Assembly (NCBI GenBank): GCA_963837175.1
Contig: CAWIMJ010000029.1
Location: 1-29,023 of the forward strand
Reading direction: 5' to 3'
DNA from: an uncultured Nitrososphaeraceae archaeon
GTDB taxonomy: Archaea; Thermoproteota; Nitrososphaeria; Nitrososphaerales; Nitrososphaeraceae
Length of the DNA: 29,023 nucleotides
In this document: piece by piece, positions 11,061 through 20,681 of the stretch
Position numbering within the stretch: position 1 is the first letter of the stretch
Layout of the letters: the number at the start of each line of letters is the position of its first letter
Position numbers and translations under genes: made by a program
The notes under the pieces: generated by a model
Database searches by the model: none
Told to the model about the DNA's origin: nothing
Seen by the model: only the letters and a program-made list of their open reading frames with translations

Positions 11061-12311
11061 ATGTGGCGCTGCTTATCTTTTGTTTTCAATACTATAAATA
11101 TTCTGATATTTATGATATATTATGTGCCAAAAAATATAGGGAGTTTAGTTTCAGTTTTTACTATTATTATCATTGCATTTATAACTATTATAATTGGATT
11201 TCCTGTACCAGCTAAGACATTTGGCCAGTCATTAGATATTCAACAACAACAAAAAGATAGTAATAGTAACAGAGTAGTTATTCTAACTTTTGGCAATGCA
11301 CCTAAAAGTCAATACACATATGCCAAACCAATTTTGGACAAATATGGATTTAAGGCTAGTTTCTTTGTTGTATGCGATTGGATACCTTCAGACAAAGAAG
11401 AAGACGATGCTAATTCAGAAGATATGACATGGCAAGATATAGAGACATTGCATAATGAAGGACATGATATAGAAGCGAAATCTTTTGACCATAAAGATCT
11501 GACTCATCTTTCTATTAGTGACTTGGACTTTGAAGTAGGAGAATCAAAAAGGTGCTTAGCTGATCACAATATTAATTCCAGAGTTTTTGGTACTCCCTAT
11601 GGCAAAGGATGGGATAACTCAACTGTGATTGATACTATCGCAAAATATTATGATTTTGCTATTACTGGTTTTTCTAATCTAATGTACTTGAATTGCGATG
11701 GATGGAATAAGGATCAGGAAGAACAAGACTACCAATCCAATATCCAGACTGATTGTAGAACATATTTTGATGATGGTACATTAACTTATGCAAATAGGTA
11801 CTCCATCAGAGAATGGAGCCATGATTCTGTAGATAAAGAAAACCAAGATAACGATCAGAAAACATTTGAAGAGTTTGTGAAAGTTGTCAACAGCCAAGAT
11901 AATTTTAATAAAAATGGAATTATAAACGCCATTCCTATAATAGCATATCATGATTTAGATTATGGTGAAAGAATACCTGGAAGTACTGATGTGAATTTAT
12001 TTGATGCAGAAATGAAATATTTGTACGATAATGGTTTTACAGTACTTACTATGGCAGATTTGGGGTATGATGAAAATACTAACCAATTATATATAAAACA
12101 CAACCCTGGAGTAACAACGCAAACAGAACCAGGACCAGCTGATGATGACGACAATGATATAGAAGTTGATATGAAATTAGAGCCATACAACGATCCCAAT
12201 ATCTGGTTTGGTAATAGTGAGGAAGGTTATGAAAATGATAGCAATGAATTCTCAGAATCTAGCACTGCAGAAGATAATGATGGCAGTGGAGTATATAATA
12301 ACTATAAATAA
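11061..12311 (+). CDS. Membrane-anchored polysaccharide deacetylase-family (CE4/NodB) protein with degenerate active site and acidic tail
   Basis: VVILTFGNA...PILDKYGFKASFFV...MTWQDI...GHDIEAKSFDHKDL...PYG...IAYH. The true start is probably slightly downstream (e.g. ATG 11112). Confidence 0.82.
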   Translation: MWRCLSFVFNTINILIFMIYYVPKNIGSLVSVFTIIIIAFITIIIGFPVPAKTFGQSLDIQQQQKDSNSNRVVILTFGNAPKSQYTYAKPILDKYGFKASFFVVCDWIPSDKEEDDANSEDMTWQDIETLHNEGHDIEAKSFDHKDLTHLSISDLDFEVGESKRCLADHNINSRVFGTPYGKGWDNSTVIDTIAKYYDFAITGFSNLMYLNCDGWNKDQEEQDYQSNIQTDCRTYFDDGTLTYANRYSIREWSHDSVDKENQDNDQKTFEEFVKVVNSQDNFNKNGIINAIPIIAYHDLDYGERIPGSTDVNLFDAEMKYLYDNGFTVLTMADLGYDENTNQLYIKHNPGVTTQTEPGPADDDDNDIEVDMKLEPYNDPNIWFGNSEEGYENDSNEFSESSTAEDNDGSGVYNNYK

Positions 12312-12497
12312 TGTCTTACACCTAGGAAAATATACAAGTTAGACTGACCTTATAGCTGAAAGATCATTAACAAGATGATGGTAAATGAGATATCACCGGT
12401 TGATAATAGACCAATAACAACCAAAAAAGAGAATAACTTTGATTAGATATTGAAAATGTAGTTATTTTAAAGTATTTTGAATATATTATAACATTAC

Positions 12498-12770
12498 TTG
12501 ACATCATCATCTGCATTTGTCTTGATTGATTGTGATTTTCCTTTTTCAGAAAACATCCTTGAAGAACTAAAAAAGATACCAAAGATTGAAGAATTCTATA
12601 GAGTTCAAAGTATTTATGATATAATTGCAAAAGTTAATGCAGATTCTGAAGATCAATTAAATGAGATTGTCATGAGGAAAATAAGAGAAATAGAAGGAAT
12701 TAGGAATACTTTAACCATGATTATTATAGTCTCAAAAGAGACAAAAAGAGACAGAGAAAGAAGAGAGTAA
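12498..12770 (+). CDS. Stand-alone Lrp/AsnC ligand-binding (RAM) domain protein
   Basis: AFVLIDC...LKKIPKIEEFYRVQSIYDIIAKV...KIREIEGIRNTLTMI; TTG start. Confidence 0.85.
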   Translation: MTSSSAFVLIDCDFPFSENILEELKKIPKIEEFYRVQSIYDIIAKVNADSEDQLNEIVMRKIREIEGIRNTLTMIIIVSKETKRDRERRE

Positions 12771-13263
12771 GCATAGTTATTTTTAAGCCTTTTTTTATCA
12801 TTACATAGGAATGGCAATTTCAAATAGCATCTTCATCTAACCAAGCATCTTCAAGTGCAAATATCTGATATCTTTCATAACTATTGTGCACTGGCCATAA
12901 TAATAGATTTGATTGCCTTGAAATGATAATCGTAGTCGGTGCAGGCTTCTTAGACCTTTAAAAAGGGAATGAGGTACCATCTATTCCATAAGTAAATAGA
13001 TATTTCTAATTTAACATTGAATCCTTTCTATTTTATTGTCTGTTTGTTCATATGTTTTCCTCAACTTTAATCTGCTCCTGTGTGTGTGAGTTGCATAAGT
13101 TGTTTATAATGATAAAATATAATAGACATAAAAATAAGGTGTATTCTAATATATTTGGCAGAATAAGAACATGCAGAGTTATACAAATGGGAAATAGCAA
13201 ACATATCATCAAATATCTTTCTCTCTGATTTGTCAAGAGAGTTTCTAAATGACTTCCCCTATT

Positions 13264-14724
13264 CTATAGAGAAGAATATATTTTATAGATTGATCCACCA
13301 TAAGTAAGAACATATAAACTACCATCATATGGGCTAACTTCTATATCAGTAATTACACCAAATCCTTTTCCAAATATTGTTTCTTGCATTTCATCTGGAG
13401 TATCTGCAATTTTATCTGCAAGAGGACTACCAGCAGCAAACAACAATCCTGTTCTTTCAGGATTTAATTTAAAATTATACAGCCAGCCAAGATTAGTATC
13501 ACCTATGAACATAGTATTTTGGTATTGTTTTCCTAATTTATCGGAGTTGAGAAATTTAAGTGCAGTTACACCAAGTGTTGCAGTCCAAACAAACTCTGGA
13601 TCGCTATATTGGCTATTAGCACCAAAATTAACTAAATCAGTAGCAGGATTTATTGTTTTTGCTGTTGCTGCTGCTGTTGTTGTCTCTGATGAAGAATCTT
13701 TCTCTGAATCATCCTCTGAAACTTCTGTAATTGCATCTTTTACAAAACCTTCAATCTTTGAATATCCACTATTAAATCCTGGTTCAACTAGGTTAATTTC
13801 ATCTGCAAATTCATGACCATTCTCTGTATCCCATAATTTTCCAGTTATAGGATCAAAATCCATTCCAAAAGTATTACGTATACCATATGCATAGTAGTAA
13901 GGACTCATTGGCTGTATGAATCCTAGTGGAGGATTTAGTTGTACTTGACCATCCTGTGTCACTCTAAGTATACCACTAGTTCCATCAAGTGGTGCTCCAT
14001 CAAGAACATTCTGAGCTTGACCTCTATGACCTATAACATCACCAATACCAACGTATACATAATTATCAGTAGGGCCGATCATTACCTTACCAGCATTATG
14101 CGCTCTTTCAGCATTTTCTCTACCTGGTGGCGGGTCAGCTGGAAGATCCAAAAGTAATTTTGGATTTACTAACTGATTATCTACTAATTCATATCTGTAA
14201 AGACGATTGCCTAATACACTTTCTTCTGAATCAACATCATCACCGTCTGTTGCGCTGCTAGATTCAGTATAGTATAAGAAAACATAGGTAGTGCCATTTT
14301 CATGTTGTGATACAGCAATTCCTAGCATTCCTCTCTCAGCTAGATTAGCAACACTTACATCAAGAAGTGCTTTTGGATTTAATTGACCATTTATGATTCT
14401 CTTTACCATACCTGTATTTTTTTCTGTCACTAAAATGTCATTTGGACCTACAAATGCCATACTGGTAGGATGGTCAAGTCCAGTAAAGATCTGTTCTAAG
14501 TTTAGATTAGCATCATTAAGTGTAGGTCCTTCTGGGAGAGGTTTAGACTTTGTATTATGAATTGTAGTAGGGATATCATCTGTAGAACCAGTACTAGTGC
14601 TAGAAGAAGAATCAGAAGAGCTAGAAGCTTGTGCTAGATTTATTATTGGTAGGAAGCTTAGTATTAAAATTAAAACTAAAAGTAATAGAAAAGATATAAT
14701 GATGTGACCTTTTATATCTCTCAA
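13264..14724 (-). CDS. Secreted PQQ-dependent sugar dehydrogenase (GSDH family), intact
   Basis: Signal peptide; PTSMAF, ERGMLGIA, HNAGK, YAYGIRNTFGMDFDP, LWDTENG, DEINL, GFGVITDIEVSP motifs. Confidence 0.9.
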   Translation of the reverse strand: MRDIKGHIIISFLLLLVLILILSFLPIINLAQASSSSDSSSSTSTGSTDDIPTTIHNTKSKPLPEGPTLNDANLNLEQIFTGLDHPTSMAFVGPNDILVTEKNTGMVKRIINGQLNPKALLDVSVANLAERGMLGIAVSQHENGTTYVFLYYTESSSATDGDDVDSEESVLGNRLYRYELVDNQLVNPKLLLDLPADPPPGRENAERAHNAGKVMIGPTDNYVYVGIGDVIGHRGQAQNVLDGAPLDGTSGILRVTQDGQVQLNPPLGFIQPMSPYYYAYGIRNTFGMDFDPITGKLWDTENGHEFADEINLVEPGFNSGYSKIEGFVKDAITEVSEDDSEKDSSSETTTAAATAKTINPATDLVNFGANSQYSDPEFVWTATLGVTALKFLNSDKLGKQYQNTMFIGDTNLGWLYNFKLNPERTGLLFAAGSPLADKIADTPDEMQETIFGKGFGVITDIEVSPYDGSLYVLTYGGSIYKIYSSL

Positions 14725-14810
14725 CGAAAAAGATAATGTCTTCTATGATTTAAAGTTATAAGACAAAGAAATATTGTTCTTTATTATATATATTGGTGTT
14801 ACATGGCAGC

Positions 14811-14844
14811 GCCTTGGTAGCTCAGGCTGGCATAGCGTTGACTT
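14811..14844 (+). tRNA. 5' half of a tRNA-Thr-like gene (positions ~1-33)
   Basis: GCCTTGG TA GCTC AGGCTGGCA TAGC G TTGAC TT: acceptor strand, U8, D-arm with GG (one D-stem mismatch) and anticodon 5' strand. A TATA-like TTATATA lies at 14784-14790. Confidence 0.7.
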
Positions 14845-14927
14845 TAATAGAAAGACATAAGGTCAAAACCTATCTATGGCCAAATGCTCCTCCTGTACCG
14901 AAAAGATAAACATGAGCTTCTAAGAAA

Positions 14928-15191
14928 ATGAATATCTTAATGGCAGAGCAAACTCACCGCTCTATTAAACCATCACTATTAAAAAAGACTGAAATGGACT
15001 GGTTTTCAGGAAAAACTCAACTGTCCACATCTTATGAATATAAAATAAAGAGCATAATAAAGAGAAAAATAAAAGCATTCAATGAGTTTGAATTACCTTT
15101 AATTTTAAAAAGTGGCTTGTTTCCACAGGCAGCAAACGTTGCTATGTTTAAGAACCATAATGAGAGCATTGATAATTCGTCTTTTGATTAA
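14928..15191 (+). CDS. Small basic hypothetical protein lying between the two tRNA halves
   Basis: 87-aa Lys-rich ORF (LLKKTEMDWFSG...YEYKIKSIIKRKIK...ELPLI). After its TAA the frame stays open to 15389. Confidence 0.6.
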   Translation: MNILMAEQTHRSIKPSLLKKTEMDWFSGKTQLSTSYEYKIKSIIKRKIKAFNEFELPLILKSGLFPQAANVAMFKNHNESIDNSSFD

Positions 15192-15264
15192 TCTAATTTA
15201 AGCCTAAAAGAAGAAGAAGAGATTTGGGCGGAATTTGGACAAGGAAATTTGATTAATGAATTAA

Positions 15265-15295
15265 GACTTGGTAAGGCAAGGTCCCGGGTTCAAAT
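15265..15295 (+). tRNA. 3' part of a tRNA-Thr(GGT)-like gene, truncated after the T-loop
   Basis: GAC TTGGTAA GGCAA GGTC CCGGG TTCAAAT; anticodon GGT at 15270-15272. The expected CCCGG CCAAGGC is absent. Confidence 0.72.
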
Positions 15296-15716
15296 GTTAC
15301 AACATCTCATGTCAATGCACCAACATCTTACATCCAATAACGAAAATAATTCTTATGCTGGAACGTTATTAGGTTTCAAGCAGCCTTAAATAGGCGGCAG
15401 GTGAACCCCTCTAATGCAGGGACCTAATCCCACCTAACGCATGCCAATTTTGTCCCTTCACATATAAATGGTAAAATGAGCAATCTATAAATTTTATAAT
15501 TTTTTATATTATTGTGAGTTGTCTTCAATGATAATAGAGCGATATCGGAAAGCCTTTAATTCTAGCATTACTAATCTAATTTAGAATCCTTTTTTCATAG
15601 TGATTTCATTGCGGAGACCGACGGGCCCGCTAATTACACGGGTTCATGTTATTCTGTTCAAGATTGTATAATTGCTACTGTAGCTAGATGTAAAAGGAGA
15701 ATGACAAGATAATGAA

Positions 15717-16141
15717 ATGCCAACTAGATTAAGTACCACAATTAGAAATATTACAACATTGATACCTAATTCATCTAATTCGAAACTTGCCAGTGAATTT
15801 TCTGAATATATGAAGACTAACTACAAATCCGAAAAATATCAAAATAATAACCTAAAAGCAGTTATTTCTTTTGCCAGATTTCTGGGTTGAGATATTACTT
15901 TCTATGATATTCAGAAAAAAAGACCAAATTCTAGCATTTCTAGACACAAAGATAAAACGTTCAGACATAGATGCAGACAGAAAATGGATTATTACATGGA
16001 ATGATTATCTTGGAGGAATCAAATATTTTATGCGATGGCTTTATAATCAAAAAGGCAATGATAAGAAAAGGCTAAGAAAATGAACCGTTAGCACCTACAG
16101 ATTGGGAAACTCCTTCATTTATCAGAATTAAGAAAAAAAGG
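15717..16141 (+). pseudogene. N-terminal remnant of a tyrosine recombinase/integrase-like gene
   Basis: MPTRLSTTIRNI...EFSEYMK...SEKYQNNNLKAVISFARFLG*...DQILAFLDTKIK...KWIITWNDYLGGIKYFMRWLYN...DWETPSFIRIKKK. This looks like an integrase SAM-like core-binding domain, with a stop at 15888, two frameshifts and no catalytic domain. Confidence 0.65.
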
Positions 16142-16490
16142 ACGTGGATTTTTATCTTTCTTTAGTTTTTTTTGATACGAAATAAATTCCTTAACTGTAA
16201 ATCCAGGAATGACTGTATAATAGCTATAGGTTTTCTTTTTTGTTTTAGGATCCTTGCGACTATCCAATATTCCGATATCTTTTAAATCATTAAAAAGTGT
16301 TAGAGTGGTATTATTATCTTGCCTGAGGTCTTGGATTTTCTCTAAGTTCTTTATTGAAAGACCAATTTTCCTTAGGAATGTCCCAAGATGTTTCTCTGTC
16401 AAAAGAGGCCTTCTCTTATATGGATTGTAAAATATCAATAGTCGATACAACCTCTTACGCTTTTTTTACCTTCTCATCGATTCTAAGGAT
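16135..16490 (-). pseudogene. Fragment of a hypothetical protein gene
   Basis: 111-aa protein-like ORF with an in-frame stop just upstream of its TTG; it meets the integrase remnant head-on. Confidence 0.4.
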
Positions 16491-16530
16491 TCTTGAGAGA
16501 ATATTTTGTCTTGGTTTTATCTGTTAATGA

Positions 16531-16878
16531 AAAATATACTGCTATGGTTTAGGTAACTTTTATTCCTCTATTAAAGAGCCTACAAAGGCTCTTGAATTCT
16601 ACGATAAAGCTATAGAGTTAGATCATAATAATGCTTTAGCTTGGAATAACAAAGGTAATTTTTTTAATTATTTAGAATGATATGACGAAGCTATTGAATG
16701 TTTAGATAAAGCTATTGGATTAGATCCTAGAAGTGTTCATGCATGGTATAACAAAAGTATATCCCTTTATGGTTTAGGCAAATATTATGAAGCTAAGAAA
16801 TATTATGATAAAGCAGTTGGGCTAATTAAAAAAGAATTTTTCTTCAAGCTATACAGGAACACAAGAGAAGGAAATTAA
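16531..16878 (+). pseudogene. Tetratricopeptide repeat protein remnant
   Basis: KALEFYDKAIELDHNNALAWNNKG...LE*YDEAIECLDKAIGLDPRSVHAWYNKS...LGKYYEAKKYYDKA; TGA at 16678. Confidence 0.82.
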
Positions 16879-17092
16879 GTGGTATACTGCTGATGGGAAA
16901 CCAGTTTATGAATAAAATGACCCTTAATTTAACTACCTATCGAAAATATACTGAATCCATTACCAGCAGGTTCGAATTTTCTGGCTAGTTGATCCATTAT
17001 TATACGATGGGTTAACATGAATCTCATATCTATAGAATTGATACTCTCAGTGGTGCCTATTATTTCTAGGATGATCGTGATTCTAAGAAACA

Positions 17093-17118
17093 TGTCAAAT
17101 TTGTTTTAAACGCCACTG
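17093..17118 (+). repeat. Dispersed intergenic repeat, degenerate copy
   Basis: TGTCAAATTTGTTTTAAACGCCACTG retains GTCAAATTTGT...CCAC at the same spacing as the other copies. Confidence 0.4.
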
Positions 17119-17957
17119 CCAAGCATTGGTGTAATTTCTTTGTTATGGTTCTAAGTACAGTAGCTTAAACAATTACTTATGTATAAGTATGCGCAGTTAT
17201 CGTCTAACGATATAGGAAAATACCTCCACTATCTCCACTACCTCCACCACAACCTATTTTGTGCTCAAAATTAATAGAAAATCAGTAAAGGTATTGTTCC
17301 GCGCTTCATACGATACCTCCACCAGCAACAAATACGTCCACTCTGCGCAAACCGTTAACGCTGATGGAGATACTTCAATTATGAAGGTGGTACAAGTTTG
17401 TAATAACTCCACCAATAGACGTTCAAATCTTGCTCCTTTTGACAAAATAAACAAAAGTGGAGATGGTGAACGTAGGAGGTATTTTGAGTACTCTTTATTT
17501 TTTCAATCATCCTGCATAAAGGATTATGATAATGTTTATGGCGTTCATGTGTATTCTAGAGATATTAACAATGTAAAATAGAAGGTTACTACCTTTTGCT
17601 GCTTTGCAGGTGAATTTGTCAAAGTCTTACAATCTCACAAGATATCCTAGATTTCAACATAAACATCAAATGACATGTCTGAGATGCCATCGGATCAGCT
17701 TTTTATTCTTCAGACAGTCTTTCATCTCTTTTCGTATAGTTGAAATACTTCTGAATTCTATGATTCTGCTATTACTTTTATTTACTCTCTCCCTACATAA
17801 TTGAATACTATAATTGTAAAATCTTAAAGGTGCTCACACTGTATTGTTTTACGAAGAATACTATAAAGAAGAAAGTAGATGGTAATAAAGGAATATAGAT
17901 GAAAGCAAATGGTATCAGAATCGTTCCCTTTATAAGGATCGGTTATCTATAATAGAA

Positions 17958-18941
17958 GTGCAGATTACAGAAGATAGAAGAAAGCGGGTAATAGATCTAT
18001 ATTTTAACCAGCACAAGACTTATGCTGAAATCGCAGAAATAGAACACATCTCACCCCGTGACATATATGCTATCGTAAAGGAAGAGAAAGATAGACGACT
18101 GCAATATCAACACCAACAACAGCAAGAAGAAATATCTAGTAAGGCCTACAAATTATTTTCTGAAGGTAAGAAACCTGTAGAAGTAGCCATAGTACTAAAC
18201 CTAAGAGAACCAGAGGCAACTAAATACTATAGAGAATACTGGAGACTAAAACGACTAGATAAACTCATTTTCATATTCAAAGAGACAAATGGTAAACTAG
18301 GCCCATTTTTGAAAATATACCGCCTCATAAAGGAAAAAGGTATGACTATAGACCAAGTAGTTAATGCTGTAGATATTGCTATTCATAAACTTCCTTATAT
18401 GGAAAGTCTCTATGAACAACTAAAAGAGCAGGTAGATAACATGCAACGTACAAGGCAACAATCGGAGAACTATTTGCATAACTTGAAGGAAGAAATAGCA
18501 AGCTCCAAGGAATTACTGAAGTCCTATACCAACTCCTGTGAGCGCAAAAGACAGGAAGCCAAAACTCTCAATAATGACATATCAAGATTAGAGACTGTTA
18601 TTAGTCGATTCAAGAGCAATAACGAAGAATATCTTAAGATCGAAAAGACAGTTGAATAAAAGGTGAAAAGCGTTTTAACAGATAATAAACAAATATTGCA
18701 ATTCGCTCTTGCATCAGTAATTGAAGCAATAAGAAGAAACCCTGACAAATACAATAATCTTCTAGCCATTAATATATCATCATCAATAATACCCACACAA
18801 GAATCGCTACCATTGCATAATGAGGATTATAAGACCATGATACTAGAAGAATCTGACAACCTTTACAATGAGCTAATAAAAGAACTGGTAAATAGAATTA
18901 TGTCTGCTGTAAATCCTCCTAAGACGTCTTTATCATCATGA
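17958..18941 (+). pseudogene. HTH plus long coiled-coil hypothetical protein, one in-frame stop
   Basis: ORFs 17958-18659 and 18663-18941 share a frame (EKTVE*KVKSVL). Two HTH-like segments (KTYAEIAEIEHISPRDI; KKPVEVAIVLNL) precede a heptad-rich region. Confidence 0.72.
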
Positions 18942-19221
18942 TCTAACTACAAAGACTACCTGATTCGCCCGACACATTTAGAAAAGAACAGCTATATAGT
19001 GCAACAGGAATTTACGATGACAAACAGAATTTTGATGCTATTAAATAGATCTTAAACCTATCGAGGTACCAAACATCAAATACACAGACCCATCCCAGAA
19101 ACCTAACCTTCAGGTCTGTGTTTGTTTATAAAGTATCACTATACAGTGTTATACAAATTTAATAAGATTCTTAAATGATTATCATAAAGACGTATATAAT
19201 TCTAGTTATTTTAATCTTTTA

Positions 19222-19450
19222 ATGAAAAATGTAACATTCATAGGTGTTCTATCGTTGCTAGCTTTAGCAGTAGTCGAAACATTAGGAAGTATAGCAACAC
19301 CTACATTAGCGTTGGTAGAAGATGACGAAAAGCTGAAGTCATAGACAACAAAGATTATGACAAATACAGCGACGATGTCTACATAAAGCTGAAGTGCAAG
19401 ATCATAGAAGATGAAAGGCAATCTGAACTATTATTAATCAATTTTCCATT
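19222..19450 (+). pseudogene. Small secreted protein remnant
   Basis: MKNVTFIGVLSLLALAVVETLGSIATPTLALVEDDEK (signal peptide), then a frameshift to DNKDYDKYSDDVYIKLKCKII. Confidence 0.4.
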
Positions 19451-19567
19451 GTTTGATAATTGTTATCGATCAATATGACATCATGTAAGGCTATTGCATC
19501 ATAGTAAATATTGCATTCACATTCACACATTTAACCAATATATCTTTTGTTCATAATTTGGCATATA

Positions 19568-19998
19568 TTTATGGACAAGGTCTTAATAATTATAAGAATA
19601 CTCCTTTATTATCAGATGACATAGCTCATATAATATTATATAATCCATAATAACACCTTTTGAGTCTTGACTTACTTTTCTAAGGATCACTATATCCCCT
19701 GTAAAGGTGCCTTTAAAGATATGCTGTCAACTGACTGCCATTTCCTTTTGATGTCTTTGGTATCATAGTATATCTCCAATAATCTAATCCACAGTTTATG
19801 ATATATATTCAAAACAAGCCATTCCTGAAACTATCTGTATATTTAGAAACAGAACCATAGTTCATTTGGAATATGTCTTATTGTTCCAAGCTTTTTCCTT
19901 TCCTGTAAGCACAAATCACAGTTATAACAAAAAAGCATCAAGCTATATACTTATGTGCAATTACTTCTATTGTACATATATTTGGGATAGGCTCTTAG
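19568..19998 (-). mobile_element. Degraded IS5-family transposase fragment plus two IS-end-like motifs
   Basis: Minus strand 19830-19696 reads FQEWLVLNIYHKLWIRLLEIY...KWQSVDSISLKAPL (first DDE Asp region), preceded by YGS. Related end-like motifs TTTATGGACAAGGTCTTA (19568) and TTTGGGATAGGCTCTTA (19981). Confidence 0.68.
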
Positions 19999-20681
19999 TT
20001 TAGTTGTAATTATGAAATGACTACTTTGACAGCTCTGTGGTGGTGTATTAGTCCTGTATATGGTAACGTTGATAGATATGAGCAGTCGCCAGTCTAAGTA
20101 ATGAAAACTTATTATGACATACTTCATGCCATCTGGATCTTCTATATCTATTTGCTTACCTAAGGTGCTTACCTAAGGCATTGACAATTTGTCTTTGTTG
20201 CAGCATGTAATCTATTTTCTTTACAATAAAAGCTATATCTTTTGTAGTAGACTTTTCTATCTGATATTAGAGAGGATTAGATTATCTCCAATTAATACAG
20301 ATAAAGATGGCAATGTCACAGACGGAGTATCACACAAACGATTCCTTGTTCTGAGAGTGTTATCAAATAGGTTCTAGAAGTTATGTTAGACAGAGAATAC
20401 TAACTGTTATTTGTTAACAGGTGGTAGCACGGTAAAGATAGATAGTTCTCTCTCAGATGCCTCCTATAACTAATCCAAAGCCAACTATTCTAACAGTAGC
20501 CCTAGTGTTGCTCCAAACATGTATAGCCAAACCCTCAGGCATCATCTCTTGGTAGTCTTTCATTTCCCTATGAAACACTGATATGCATATGGAAATCGTT
20601 ACTACAATTGTATTGTTGGGACAGTTTAGCTTTCAAGAAAGGAGGATAAGATAAAAGATAGTTAGATTAAGATTAGGTCAA

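Noticed and set aside
14838-14866. Complete tRNA with a short intron using the TTGAC/GTCAA hairpin
   Set aside because: The 5-bp stem exists, but no T-arm or TTC loop follows it; the proper T-arm is at 15283-15295.
16962-16985. GCAGGTTCGAAT T-arm-like motif
   Set aside because: No matching 3' stem and no recognisable upstream tRNA body; too short to call.
17261-17581. 106-aa ORF with faint similarity to the Asp-box repeat (VLFRASYD, FDKIN)
   Set aside because: Similarity is too weak to assign; it may be a decayed remnant.
1262-18941. Stop-codon recoding as the explanation for in-frame stops
   Set aside because: All three stop codons occur internally and all three also end intact genes; frameshifts are just as common.
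20152-20178. TGCTTACCTAAGG tandem duplication (also the 9-nt CTCCAC repeats at ~17221-17250)
   Set aside because: Simple local slippage with no supporting context.
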